This document shows positions 24,051-32,000 of a DNA stretch of 32,000 bases, in pieces (position 1 is the first letter of the stretch; every line of letters begins with the position of its first letter). The translations under genes were made by a program, and so were the position numbers. The notes beneath the pieces are model-generated. The model ran no database searches, was not told the DNA's origin, and worked only from the letters and a program-made list of their open reading frames with translations. The DNA is from Acaryochloris marina S15 (GTDB taxonomy: Bacteria > Cyanobacteriota > Cyanobacteriia > Thermosynechococcales > Thermosynechococcaceae), in the NCBI RefSeq assembly GCF_018336915.1, contig NZ_CP064923.1:360001-392000 (forward strand), in the 5' to 3' direction.

Positions 24051-25781
24051 TTATGAGGTGGCTAGGTCTTGGAGGAGCATCTGAAGCCGATCTTGTTCAA
24101 ACACTGTAAAACCAGGCAAGAATTGAGGCTTTTGCAAGATGGCCAGACTGTCTTCAGCTTTGGTCTGAGCAGATATTTTGTCTCCTTCAGCTAGATGTAT
24201 CGCGGCTTCAGTTCTGAGGAGTGTTGAAGGAGCAATCAAAATTTTTTCTTGGATTTGGTCTAGCCATTGGTTTGCTGCATCAGGATGCTGACGAATATGT
24301 GCTTCATAGTAAGCCCCTTCCAGCAGTAAAGAGGCACGAAAGAGCTCAGGATAGTAGGCATTGATTTTCAATGCCTGATCGAGATAATCTCCTGCCTGTT
24401 GGATTTGACCTTGATCTAAGGCCATGTAATAGGCCATGATCAGGCCCGAAATATGATCCATAGAGTTTTCGGGCAGTGCCAATAATCGAGTTTTTAGGTC
24501 TGGATCGATATCTTTTGGGCGAATGCCTTGGAGCAGATAAGCGTTGAATTGATAGTCAGCCAAGAACCTTTGACCAGGGATATTTTTTTTTGCCAAGTCG
24601 AGCATCCGACGACCATCGGTTGAAAAGTAACCGATTTTAATTGGAATAGTGTTGAAAATAGCCATGTGTAAGCTGATGTCAGACATAAAGGTCAAACACC
24701 AAACGATAGGAGAGTGACGGATTAAAGTGGGTGATAGTAAGGGAAGGGTGCCGAAACAAAATAATAAGAATGAGGCAGCAGGTCCACCCATAATCAGGAG
24801 AAAGAGTTGTCTGTCTAATCGATGTAGTGATGTCGGGATAGGCTCAGCAAAACCTCCTGCAAGTTGTCGACGGCATCGACGTAATTTTAGACCCTGATCT
24901 GTCTGAATAAGGATCAACCGTCCAATGGCGAAACGGTAGAGTTTAGAACCATTTGCCCATGCAAATAAGTAATGGCCCAGTTCATGGATGAAGATTGCGA
25001 AATATTGGTAGAGATAGAAAATTCCTAGAAAAATGAATAGTTTAACAATGGAAGGGAGTTCAGTTGAAGGTACAGGCGGTAATAACCACCACCACCCGCC
25101 CATAATGACTAGCAGCGGTAAGGAGATAATGACAGAGTCGACCCACGTTTTGTGATTTGGCGGATTGTCATACTTGGACGCTGGCTCTGATGGTTTTGGA
25201 GAAGTGTATTTTTGCTGAGTGATATGGCGAAGATCAAAGGCTGTAATGATTCCATAAACTAAGCCACAGGCCAAACCACCTACTAGAGCAGATAAACCAA
25301 ACGTGATATTCCACCACACATGGATATAAGTGCCCAGAAAAAATCCTAGTAATCCTCCAAATATTAATCCAAAACAGCTTGTTGGCACCCAACTCCATGC
25401 AGGCTGAAACCTTTGACGAAGAACATACCACTGACTAAGGCTGATGATGATTGGGTAAAAGCCAAGGAGAGGTATGGCACGTGAGGGAGAGAATTGACCT
25501 GCAGCCAGAATGTATGGTTGAAAAGAGACGACAGATGCTACAAAGCTCAACCAAATCCACTTTGCAGGTATGGCAAACTTTTGACGTAGCATCAGCCATT
25601 GTGTCACTCCAACCCATAACTCCGTAAGTATTACGGCATAGCCAATATTGCTCGCATAATTTGGTGTAGATTGAACTTCCGTGAGTAATATTGGTATGCC
25701 CGCACCTAGGCCATATACCAAACAATTGCACAGAATCCATTGCACCCAGAATTGGCGATCTATGCGTAAAGTGGCTGGCAT
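24051..25781 (-). CDS. M50 (site-2 protease)-like membrane metalloprotease with duplicated N-terminal TM module and helical-repeat C-terminus
   Basis: 576 aa with an ATG start. It has 'IFIHELGHYLFAW' (HExxH within a TM segment) and the downstream 'FNTIPIKIGYFSTDG' (NxxPxxxxDG, the second M50 motif). The N-terminal ~190 aa carry a repeated motif: 'TQWLMLRQKFAIPAKWIW' and 'SQWYVLRQRFQPAWSWV'. The C-terminal ~170 aa are helical and TPR-like. Confidence 0.7.
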   Translation of the reverse strand: MPATLRIDRQFWVQWILCNCLVYGLGAGIPILLTEVQSTPNYASNIGYAVILTELWVGVTQWLMLRQKFAIPAKWIWLSFVASVVSFQPYILAAGQFSPSRAIPLLGFYPIIISLSQWYVLRQRFQPAWSWVPTSCFGLIFGGLLGFFLGTYIHVWWNITFGLSALVGGLACGLVYGIITAFDLRHITQQKYTSPKPSEPASKYDNPPNHKTWVDSVIISLPLLVIMGGWWWLLPPVPSTELPSIVKLFIFLGIFYLYQYFAIFIHELGHYLFAWANGSKLYRFAIGRLILIQTDQGLKLRRCRRQLAGGFAEPIPTSLHRLDRQLFLLIMGGPAASFLLFCFGTLPLLSPTLIRHSPIVWCLTFMSDISLHMAIFNTIPIKIGYFSTDGRRMLDLAKKNIPGQRFLADYQFNAYLLQGIRPKDIDPDLKTRLLALPENSMDHISGLIMAYYMALDQGQIQQAGDYLDQALKINAYYPELFRASLLLEGAYYEAHIRQHPDAANQWLDQIQEKILIAPSTLLRTEAAIHLAEGDKISAQTKAEDSLAILQKPQFLPGFTVFEQDRLQMLLQDLATS

Positions 25782-26251
25782 AAGAGTAGGCGTATTGGTT
25801 TTGAATATGGAGCAGGAATGAAGCTAATCAGAGCGAGAAACGCAATTAGTCCCGTTGACTGTTCAGAATTAGCCTATTGTTATAGTTCCCAAAAGCTATT
25901 CTGGACTGGCTTCTTGCTAGATGAACTCCACTCTGAATGCTTCATGAGTGAATAAATTTGGGGGACGCTAATCTGATGGTGGCAATTGAAAAAGTACGCT
26001 AGGGCTTTGGGTTGCTGCTAACTTGCTGATGACTTCTAAAGCGGTGAAGGCAAAGGTATAGCCCTCTGGACAAGGCCAGTCTTTGTAGGTATGGGGTTGT
26101 TGTTGAGGTAAATCAGCTTTTGGGGGTAGCTTCTGACTGGGTTGTAAGCTTTCGCAATAGTTTGTGATACCAATTAGCACCTAAGAGTGTAATTTTGATT
26201 ATTTGCTAAGCCAACTCAGTATTGGGTTTCACGAGTTTGAGAGTTACATCT

Positions 26252-26660
26252 TCAGGCACAGCTTGGTATGACGACGATATGCGGTGCAACTTTGACGTTT
26301 GGCAACTGATTGGGTATATGGGATAAACCCAAATCATCTAGTGGGTTGCTGCTGGGTTGTGTTTTTGCAGGAGTGGCTTTGATATCAGAAGCGGTGTAAG
26401 GTCCACCCCAGGCCAGAATGATAAAACTTCGCAGCTTATCTATTGTTGGCGTACCGGATACTTGGAGGCCATGATTTCCAAGTTTGGTGATTTGCTTGGT
26501 TTTCATCGACGGAGAGAAAGGTGCGGCCCAATCCTCCTTGACCGAGGAGGCAAGTGGGACGGTAGCGATCGCACAATCGTAACGAAGCCTGACAGTGCTT
26601 ACACACCGTTGCAGATTCAGGATTAGTTTGATGACAGCCTGGATTCAGGCAATCGATCAT
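26252..26660 (-). pseudogene. probable remnant of a cyanobacterial Ser/Thr kinase-type gene (4-Cys zinc-ribbon prefix plus glycine-rich loop, then frameshift/truncation)
   Basis: Frame A (26660 downwards) reads MIDCLNPGCHQTNPESATVCKHCQASLRLCDRYRPTCLLGQGGLGRTFLSVDE. That is a CxxC..CxxC prefix followed by an 'RYR....LGxGGxGRTFL..D' kinase P-loop pattern. The frame then ends 22 codons later with no VAIK-type lysine or catalytic loop. An overlapping +1 frame (26252-26506) stays open, and the whole 25782-26788 interval contains only 70-84-aa fragments. Confidence 0.4.
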
Positions 26661-26788
26661 TTAAGGCATACCCTTGCCACTTATGAGTAGGAACTGTTTA
26701 CTCACAGAGGCCAATAGTTTATGCACCTAAAATTAATAGGTGTGAAGTCAGGATGGACTCTTTCAACCTGTTTATTACGGTTGGTAGT

Positions 26789-27703
26789 CTAATTGAGAGG
26801 AATGGGGAAGACCCATTGCTGATATTGGGAGTCGCGGTTTTCGGTAATGGCTGTGAGCTTATCCCTGAGCTTTTCAGTAATCGGTCGGTCACTGGGTGTC
26901 GTGTAATTCTCTATCCGTTTGACCGGCGTGATTTTGGCAGCTGTTCCGCTTAAAAATACTTCGTCAGCGATCAGTAATTCAGACTTGTCTACCGGACGTT
27001 CGACCACGGGAATGCCTAAGTCCCGCGCCAATTGCAAGACACTATCGCGGGTAATTCCCTCCAGAATGTCTTGCTCAAAGCCAGGGGTAATAATTTTGCC
27101 ATGGCGGACAATAAAAATATTCATGCCCGACGCTTCACTCACCTTGCCCTGGGCATTCATCAAAATTGCTTCGTCAAACCCGGATTCTACAGCTTCTGTC
27201 TTGGCCAGGGATGACGTGATATAGGCCCCGCTAATTTTGCCTCGCAACGGTAAGCTGTGGTCTTCTTGTCGACACCAAGAACTAATGCGGCAGCTTACAC
27301 CATCGGGAGAGAGATAGTCCCCGAGCTCAATGCCGTAGACGAAAAAGTTCTTTTCGATGTTGTGGAGTCGTGGGGCAATCCCCAGGTCGGAGGTATAGAC
27401 AAATGGGCGGATATAGAAAGAGGTTTGAGGACGGTTTTTTTGAACAAAGTCTTTGATAATTTGCTCAATTTTGTCTGCCGGTAAATCGAAGTGAAGTAAA
27501 CGAGCGCTCTGACTGAGACGCTGGCAATGGCGGTCTAAGCGAAAGAGCAGAATTTGATTGGGGTTTTGTGGATCAGGGATGCCTCGCAACCCGCCAAAGG
27601 CACCCGTTCCATAGTGCAGGGCATGGGTAGCAATGGAAAGATTCGCGTCTTTGAAGGGGACAAACTGATGTTCAAAGTAGGCAGTCGGCAAAAAATTATG
27701 CAT
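26789..27703 (-). CDS. ilvE: branched-chain amino acid aminotransferase
   Basis: 'MHNFLPTAYFEHQFVPFKDANLSIATHALHYGTGAFGGLRG' and 'SGTAAKITPV' are typical of class IV aminotransferase IlvE. The track start at 27715 is TTG, so the ATG at 27703 is preferred. Confidence 0.9.
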   Translation of the reverse strand: MHNFLPTAYFEHQFVPFKDANLSIATHALHYGTGAFGGLRGIPDPQNPNQILLFRLDRHCQRLSQSARLLHFDLPADKIEQIIKDFVQKNRPQTSFYIRPFVYTSDLGIAPRLHNIEKNFFVYGIELGDYLSPDGVSCRISSWCRQEDHSLPLRGKISGAYITSSLAKTEAVESGFDEAILMNAQGKVSEASGMNIFIVRHGKIITPGFEQDILEGITRDSVLQLARDLGIPVVERPVDKSELLIADEVFLSGTAAKITPVKRIENYTTPSDRPITEKLRDKLTAITENRDSQYQQWVFPIPLN

Positions 27704-27888
27704 AACCCAGATCAATGCTTCAACAATTTAGGTGGGACAGCATCCATTCTTCCCTCCACCATTGGGGAATGGAACTGCCGCCATCCTAATTGAGACTAAC
27801 ATCGATAGGCTGACACTCCTATAGAAGCTAACAGCACTTCACTTCTGGCAGATTCTGAGACTAACCCACCTTATTTGTGATGAACGGC

Positions 27889-29124
27889 CTAGGGAGCTGT
27901 GACAGGCAGAGGGAGAGCTTTGACTTCAGCGGCATCTAGTATGGCTGCCTCACGGAGCTGTTCTCGCAGGTCTGGCATGACTGCTAAAGCTCTAGTCCAA
28001 GCAGGGATTTGCGAGCTTCTGGGATCCGTAACGTACGCTTCGCCACCGTCCAAGATAATTTTTTCGAAGGTTTCGATGGTGACTTCTTCTTGGTGGCGAT
28101 CAAAGTGCAAATTGTTGACGCTGGCATCAATGAAATATTGATGGGCATAATCTTGGGCCGAACGGCGGAATTTGACCTGTAGAGCATGGATATGATCCTT
28201 GGTCAGCACCACCTGCTCTGTTTCGGTCAGGGTGCGTAGAACGGATCCCAAGATGTCACGGCACATTTTTTGCAGACCCGACTGATCAGAGGTCCCCAAC
28301 TGTTGATGCTTATGTTCAAACACCCCTAAATCAATTTGAGAAATACGGCGGTGGGCCAGATTTCGATAGACTTCCGACAACAGGCCAATTTCTAAACCCC
28401 AATTGCCAGGAATGCGGGTTTGTAAAGCCAAATCATGGGTTAAAGCAAACTCCCCAGACAAGGGATAGCGAAAGGCATGAAGGTATCGTAAATAATCCCG
28501 ATCCCCTAGTAAATCTGTGAGCGATGTCAGCAGTGGTGCCACAAAAAGACGGGTGACGCGGCCATATAAGCTGCGAGGATAGTGGCCTAGACGAGCGTAG
28601 TAAGCCTTATTAAAGGCAATACCAAATTCCTTCTCTAGAAGGGGATAGAGCAGCTTAAGAGGGTAGGACCGGTCGTAGGTGGTAATGTCGGCATCGTGAA
28701 GTGCGATCGCATGGGCTTCCAAAGAAGCGACCCCTAAACCCAACCATACAGCTCGGCCTTTGCCTTTATATTTGAGTAAATCTAAGCCTTTTTCTTTGAG
28801 ATTCTCTAAGGTCTGGCTGATGGTGGGGCCATTCTCCCAAATGATATAAGTCTTTTGCGGGAGGACACTAAAAAATTGAACAGCCTGGGCATATTGCTGC
28901 AGACTATCGGCGTAGAGGCAAATGACAACCGTTTGGACAAATGCGCAGTCCTTGAGGTGATTGCAAATCTGCCCCAAAGCGGGTCGTTCTAATTCCGAGT
29001 AGAGGGCAGGAATCAAGACCGCTGTAGGGTTTGACTGAGTCAGTTCGGTGAGTCGGGTTTCTAAAAACTCCAAATCACAATCAAAATCGTGAATGGTAGT
29101 GATTAAGTCCTGCTTATAGTCCAT
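27889..29124 (-). CDS. gpgS: glucosyl-3-phosphoglycerate synthase-like retaining glycosyltransferase (GpgS/MpgS type)
   Basis: 411 aa with an ATG start. It has 'KGKGRAVWLGLG' (cf. GKGEA/GMW in GpgS/MpgS) and the 'HDADITTYD' DxD motif. Adjacency to an MPGP-family phosphatase and a GH13_18 phosphorylase supports a glucosylglycerate role. Glucosyl versus mannosyl donor cannot be decided by eye. Confidence 0.7.
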   Translation of the reverse strand: MDYKQDLITTIHDFDCDLEFLETRLTELTQSNPTAVLIPALYSELERPALGQICNHLKDCAFVQTVVICLYADSLQQYAQAVQFFSVLPQKTYIIWENGPTISQTLENLKEKGLDLLKYKGKGRAVWLGLGVASLEAHAIALHDADITTYDRSYPLKLLYPLLEKEFGIAFNKAYYARLGHYPRSLYGRVTRLFVAPLLTSLTDLLGDRDYLRYLHAFRYPLSGEFALTHDLALQTRIPGNWGLEIGLLSEVYRNLAHRRISQIDLGVFEHKHQQLGTSDQSGLQKMCRDILGSVLRTLTETEQVVLTKDHIHALQVKFRRSAQDYAHQYFIDASVNNLHFDRHQEEVTIETFEKIILDGGEAYVTDPRSSQIPAWTRALAVMPDLREQLREAAILDAAEVKALPLPVTAP

Positions 29125-29406
29125 GCAATGACCTAAATCCTTGAGCGGTTGTACTTCTAGATAAATTGTTAAATTCTTTGGGGTATGCCAATGTTACCTT
29201 CACGACAAAATTTTTGATATCCATCTCTGCAAAATAGCGTACATAACTGATGCCAGGTGTATTCAAAGATACTGGTGTCTTCAAACCAAGCTCAACAGAG
29301 AGGTAGAGTTAAAAATTGATTCATACGATACAATTATCGCTTCTCATTTGGATAAGGCTAGCTCCATAGTTCCCAGCCGTTAAAATTTGTCTATTTTGGG
29401 ATACCC

Positions 29407-31212
29407 ATGATTGATCGAGCTCAACAGCATCAAGCCTTCACCATCAAAGTGAAAGCCCTGCTGGAAAGAATTTATGGTCCAGATTCCCTAGAACAAATAC
29501 TTGAACAGCTCTTCGAACTGTTACAACCCCATTTTGCAGACTCCATTTCTGAGAACTTGCACAAATGGAGTCAAGACAACATTCTGTTAATCACCTATGG
29601 AGATACCATTCGCCCGCAGAATGGTAGCCCTCCCTTAGCGACATTAGATCACTTTCTCAAAGCCCATTTGCAAGATGTGGTTACTGGGGTGCATATCTTA
29701 CCGTTTTGTCCCTTCAGTTCTGATGATGGTTTTTCGGTTATCGACTACAAAGCCGTCAATCATGAACTGGGCACTTGGGAAGATATCCAGCAGATTGCTC
29801 AGTCCTTTGAACTGATGGCTGACCTGGTTCTCAACCATGTCTCTAGCCAAAGCCAATGGTTTCAGAATTATTTGCAAGGTGCTGATCCGGGGCAGGACTA
29901 TTTTGTCGAAGTAGATCCCGGTGCGGATGTCTCTCAGGTTGTTCGCCCTCGAAGTTCTCCCTTGTTGGTAGAAGTCGAGACCTTAGCGGGTCCCAAGCAT
30001 GTGTGGGCTACCTTTAGTGCCGATCAAATTGACCTGAATTTTGCTAATCCAGAGGTGCTGCTCGAATTTGCCAAAATTCTGCTGTTTTATGTGCAAATGG
30101 GTGCTAAGTATATCCGCTTGGACGCCATTGGTTACCTATGGAAACGGTTAGGAACCTCCTGTATTCATCTACCGGAAACCCATGCCATGGTCCGCTTGTT
30201 GCGGGAAATCCTGGAAATGGTCGATCCGTCGGTGGCATTGATCACCGAGACCAATGTGCCGAATCGCGAAAACCTCAGCTACTTTGGCAATCGGAACGAA
30301 GCGCATTTGATCTACAACTTCAGCCTGCCGCCCTTGATTTTGAATGCGTTGCTCCAGGGCAAGGCTGAACATTTAAAAACTTGGATGATGAGTATGCCCC
30401 CAGCCCCTTTGGGATGTGCTTACTTCAACTTTACGGCCTCCCATGATGGCATTGGCTTACGACCGACAGAAGGTCTCTTGACTGAAGCAGAGTACCAAAC
30501 CTTACTTCACTGTATGGAAGACTTTGGTGGCACCCTGAGTATGCGCACCAATGCTGAGGGAATTGATTCACCCTATGAAATCAATATTTCCTTTTTTGAT
30601 GCCCTCCGAGGCACAGCGAAAGGCAAAGACCAGTGGCAGATCGAGCGCTTTATCTGTTCCCAAACGATCATGATGTCCTTGGAAGGAATCCCAGCCTTTT
30701 ATATTCACAGTTTGCTCGCTACTCATAATGATTGGGAGAATGTTCATCGTACGGAGCGCAAGCGGTCCATTAATCGTCATCAGTGGTCTCTTCCAGCCTT
30801 AGAACAGCAGTTAGCAGATGAAACGTCTCCCCATGCCATTGTCTTGAAAGGGCTCACCCGGCTGATTAAGATTCGTCGCCAACAAGATGCTTTCCATCCC
30901 AACGCCACTCAATACACCCTGCATTTGCCTAATCAAGCGTTATTTGCATTTTGGCGGCAGAGTATGGCCCGCGATCAGAGCATTTTCTCCATTCATAATC
31001 TCAGCGATTGCCAGCAGAAACTGAAGCTCTCTGACCTTAACCTGGTCACTATTGATCCGTGGTATGACCTCATTAGTGGGTCTTGTATTCGAGGGATTTA
31101 TGACACTTTGCTCTTGGAGCCCTATCAGTCTCTGTGGATTACCAATAAGTTTGAGGGTCTTGAAGCGGATGGGCAAACTTGCACTTTAGGAGTCGAGACA
31201 GATAATGGCTAA
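29407..31212 (+). CDS. GH13 subfamily-18 sugar phosphorylase (sucrose-phosphorylase family; glucosylglycerate phosphorylase by context)
   Basis: 601 aa with an ATG start. GH13 regions are present: 'DLVLNHVS', 'YIRLDAIGYLWK' (nucleophile Asp), 'ALITETNVP' (acid/base Glu) and 'FTASHDGIGLRP'. The N-terminal 'ILLITYGDTI' and 'GVHILPFCPFSSDDGFSVIDY' are typical of sucrose-phosphorylase-like enzymes. Confidence 0.85.
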   Translation: MIDRAQQHQAFTIKVKALLERIYGPDSLEQILEQLFELLQPHFADSISENLHKWSQDNILLITYGDTIRPQNGSPPLATLDHFLKAHLQDVVTGVHILPFCPFSSDDGFSVIDYKAVNHELGTWEDIQQIAQSFELMADLVLNHVSSQSQWFQNYLQGADPGQDYFVEVDPGADVSQVVRPRSSPLLVEVETLAGPKHVWATFSADQIDLNFANPEVLLEFAKILLFYVQMGAKYIRLDAIGYLWKRLGTSCIHLPETHAMVRLLREILEMVDPSVALITETNVPNRENLSYFGNRNEAHLIYNFSLPPLILNALLQGKAEHLKTWMMSMPPAPLGCAYFNFTASHDGIGLRPTEGLLTEAEYQTLLHCMEDFGGTLSMRTNAEGIDSPYEINISFFDALRGTAKGKDQWQIERFICSQTIMMSLEGIPAFYIHSLLATHNDWENVHRTERKRSINRHQWSLPALEQQLADETSPHAIVLKGLTRLIKIRRQQDAFHPNATQYTLHLPNQALFAFWRQSMARDQSIFSIHNLSDCQQKLKLSDLNLVTIDPWYDLISGSCIRGIYDTLLLEPYQSLWITNKFEGLEADGQTCTLGVETDNG

Positions 31213-32000
31213 CTCTGCCTCTTATTTGGTCTTTACGGATTTAGATGGCACTCTCTTAAACCACGATGATTATCGATATGATGCAGCCTTGCCGATGCTG
31301 GCCTGGTTGAAAGAGCATCAGATCCCAGTCATTGCCGTGACCAGTAAAACGCGGGTTGAGGTGGAGGATCTGCTTCAATCCCTCTCTTTTGAAGAACCTT
31401 TTGTGGTTGAAAACGGGAGTGGGGTGTTTATCCCTCTCACGGATCAGCGCTTTGATCCTGCCAAAATGGATATCCCTCATCAGTTATGGGAACAGCATCA
31501 GTGCCTCTATTTAGGCTGTACCTATGATCAGGCTAGACAAGGGCTAAAAGCCCTGGCCCAAAAGCTCAACCAGCCTCTCAGGGGCTTTGGAGATATGAGT
31601 ATAGAGGAGTTAGTCGCATTAACCGGGCTCCGCTCAGAAGAGGTACTCAAAGCTCAAGCTCGCGAGTTTACAGAGCCTTTTGTAAATCCAGGGTTAGCCG
31701 CTACTGATTTGGAGCAGCATGTTGCTGAGATTGGGTTCCAGGTCTTGGTGGGCGATCGCTTCTGTCACCTGATTGGCTTAGGGGCGGGCAAGGGTAAAGC
31801 GGTAAAGCTATTGGTGCAGTGCTATCAAGGGTTTCAGGCCCCCATTAAGACCGTGGGGCTGGGCAATAGTCCCAATGATTTAGCGATGTTAGAAGCCGTT
31901 GATATTCCGATTGTGATTCCAGGGGCAGAAGGCCCTCATCCAGGTTTAGCCCATCAAGGTTGGCAGATCGCACCGGCTACAGGTGCTCAGGGTTGGGCTA
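31205..32000 (+). CDS. HAD-IIB phosphatase of the mannosyl-/glucosyl-3-phosphoglycerate phosphatase (MpgP/YedP/GpgP) family, 3' end beyond window
   Basis: Not in the ORF track because it has no stop in the window. The ATG at 31205 overlaps the phosphorylase stop by 8 nt (ATGGCTAA). Translation: MANSASYLVFTDLDGTLLNHDDYRYDAALPMLAWLKEHQIPVIAVTSKTR...GLGNSPNDLAMLEAVDIPIVIPG. It has HAD motif I (DLDGT), motif II (TSKT) and motif III/IV (GNSPND). The frame is open for all 265 codons to position 32000. The track ORF 31256..31480(-) is its antisense shadow. Confidence 0.85.
   Translation, partial: MANSASYLVFTDLDGTLLNHDDYRYDAALPMLAWLKEHQIPVIAVTSKTRVEVEDLLQSLSFEEPFVVENGSGVFIPLTDQRFDPAKMDIPHQLWEQHQCLYLGCTYDQARQGLKALAQKLNQPLRGFGDMSIEELVALTGLRSEEVLKAQAREFTEPFVNPGLAATDLEQHVAEIGFQVLVGDRFCHLIGLGAGKGKAVKLLVQCYQGFQAPIKTVGLGNSPNDLAMLEAVDIPIVIPGAEGPHPGLAHQGWQIAPATGAQGWA

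Noticed and set aside
25968-26180. 'VLIGITNY' at the start of a 70-aa ORF resembles the caspase/metacaspase 'ALLIGINxY' opening motif
   Set aside because: Only this 8-residue resemblance exists. No His/Cys catalytic dyad region follows and the ORF ends after 70 codons. I treat it as part of the decayed interval rather than as a gene call.
25234-31480. Shadow ORFs in the right part (25234-25431-, 25435-25740-, 26357-26626+, 26753-27793 several, 27899-28187, 30138-30780, 30940-31176-, 31256-31480-)
   Set aside because: They are nested in or antisense to the M50-like, ilvE, gpgS, phosphorylase and HAD-phosphatase genes. 31256-31480(-) is antisense to the open HAD phosphatase frame that runs to the window end.
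1-32000. Search for rRNA, tRNA, CRISPR arrays, reverse transcriptases, restriction-modification, toxin-antitoxin or other defence modules
   Set aside because: I saw no T-loop/anticodon-arm-like sequences in intergenic regions, no regularly spaced direct repeats and no ORFs with nuclease, RT, ATPase-defence or TA hallmarks. Every large ORF is accounted for by metabolic, ribosomal, envelope or IS functions.

Overview
The window looks like a cyanobacterial chromosome segment. Evidence: six perfect HIP1 octamers (GCGATCGC) where about 0.5 is expected by chance, a CrtR-type carotene hydroxylase, a COP23 protein, a CimA-type citramalate synthase and glucosylglycerate genes. Layout: (i) 1-9851 is a minus-strand surface-polysaccharide locus. 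It holds a WbpM/CapD-like dehydratase, a complete WbpA/WbpB/WbpD/WbpE-type enzyme set for UDP-2,3-diacetamido-2,3-dideoxy-glucuronate, a Wzx flippase and three tailoring genes (AAC(3)-fold acyltransferase, SAM methyltransferase, VOC-fold fragment). Its distal ~3.5 kb is visibly more AT-rich than the rest. (ii) 9852-13087 is ~1.5 kb of AT-rich non-coding DNA split by an apparently intact 1765-bp IS4/IS1634-like insertion sequence with 15-bp terminal inverted repeats and a 6-bp target duplication. (iii) 13088-27703 is mostly housekeeping: a small lipoprotein missing from the ORF track, a membrane protein, a DUF62 SAM hydrolase-type enzyme, rplU-rpmA, yqeK-rsfS, COP23, crtR, an AI-2E transporter, an SDR, ComFB, cimA, an unusual M50-like membrane protease, a decayed kinase-like region and ilvE. 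(iv) 27889-32000 is a glucosylglycerate module: gpgS lies divergent from a GH13_18 sugar phosphorylase that is translationally coupled to a GpgP-type phosphatase running off the window. I found no rRNA, tRNA, CRISPR array or recognisable defence or toxin system, and I cannot honestly point to a clearly new multi-gene system. The most unusual items are the tailoring genes of the polysaccharide locus, the synthesis-plus-phosphorolysis wiring of the glucosylglycerate module, the M50-like protein architecture and the IS-split non-coding region. All family assignments are by-eye motif recognition and need HMM or BLAST confirmation.
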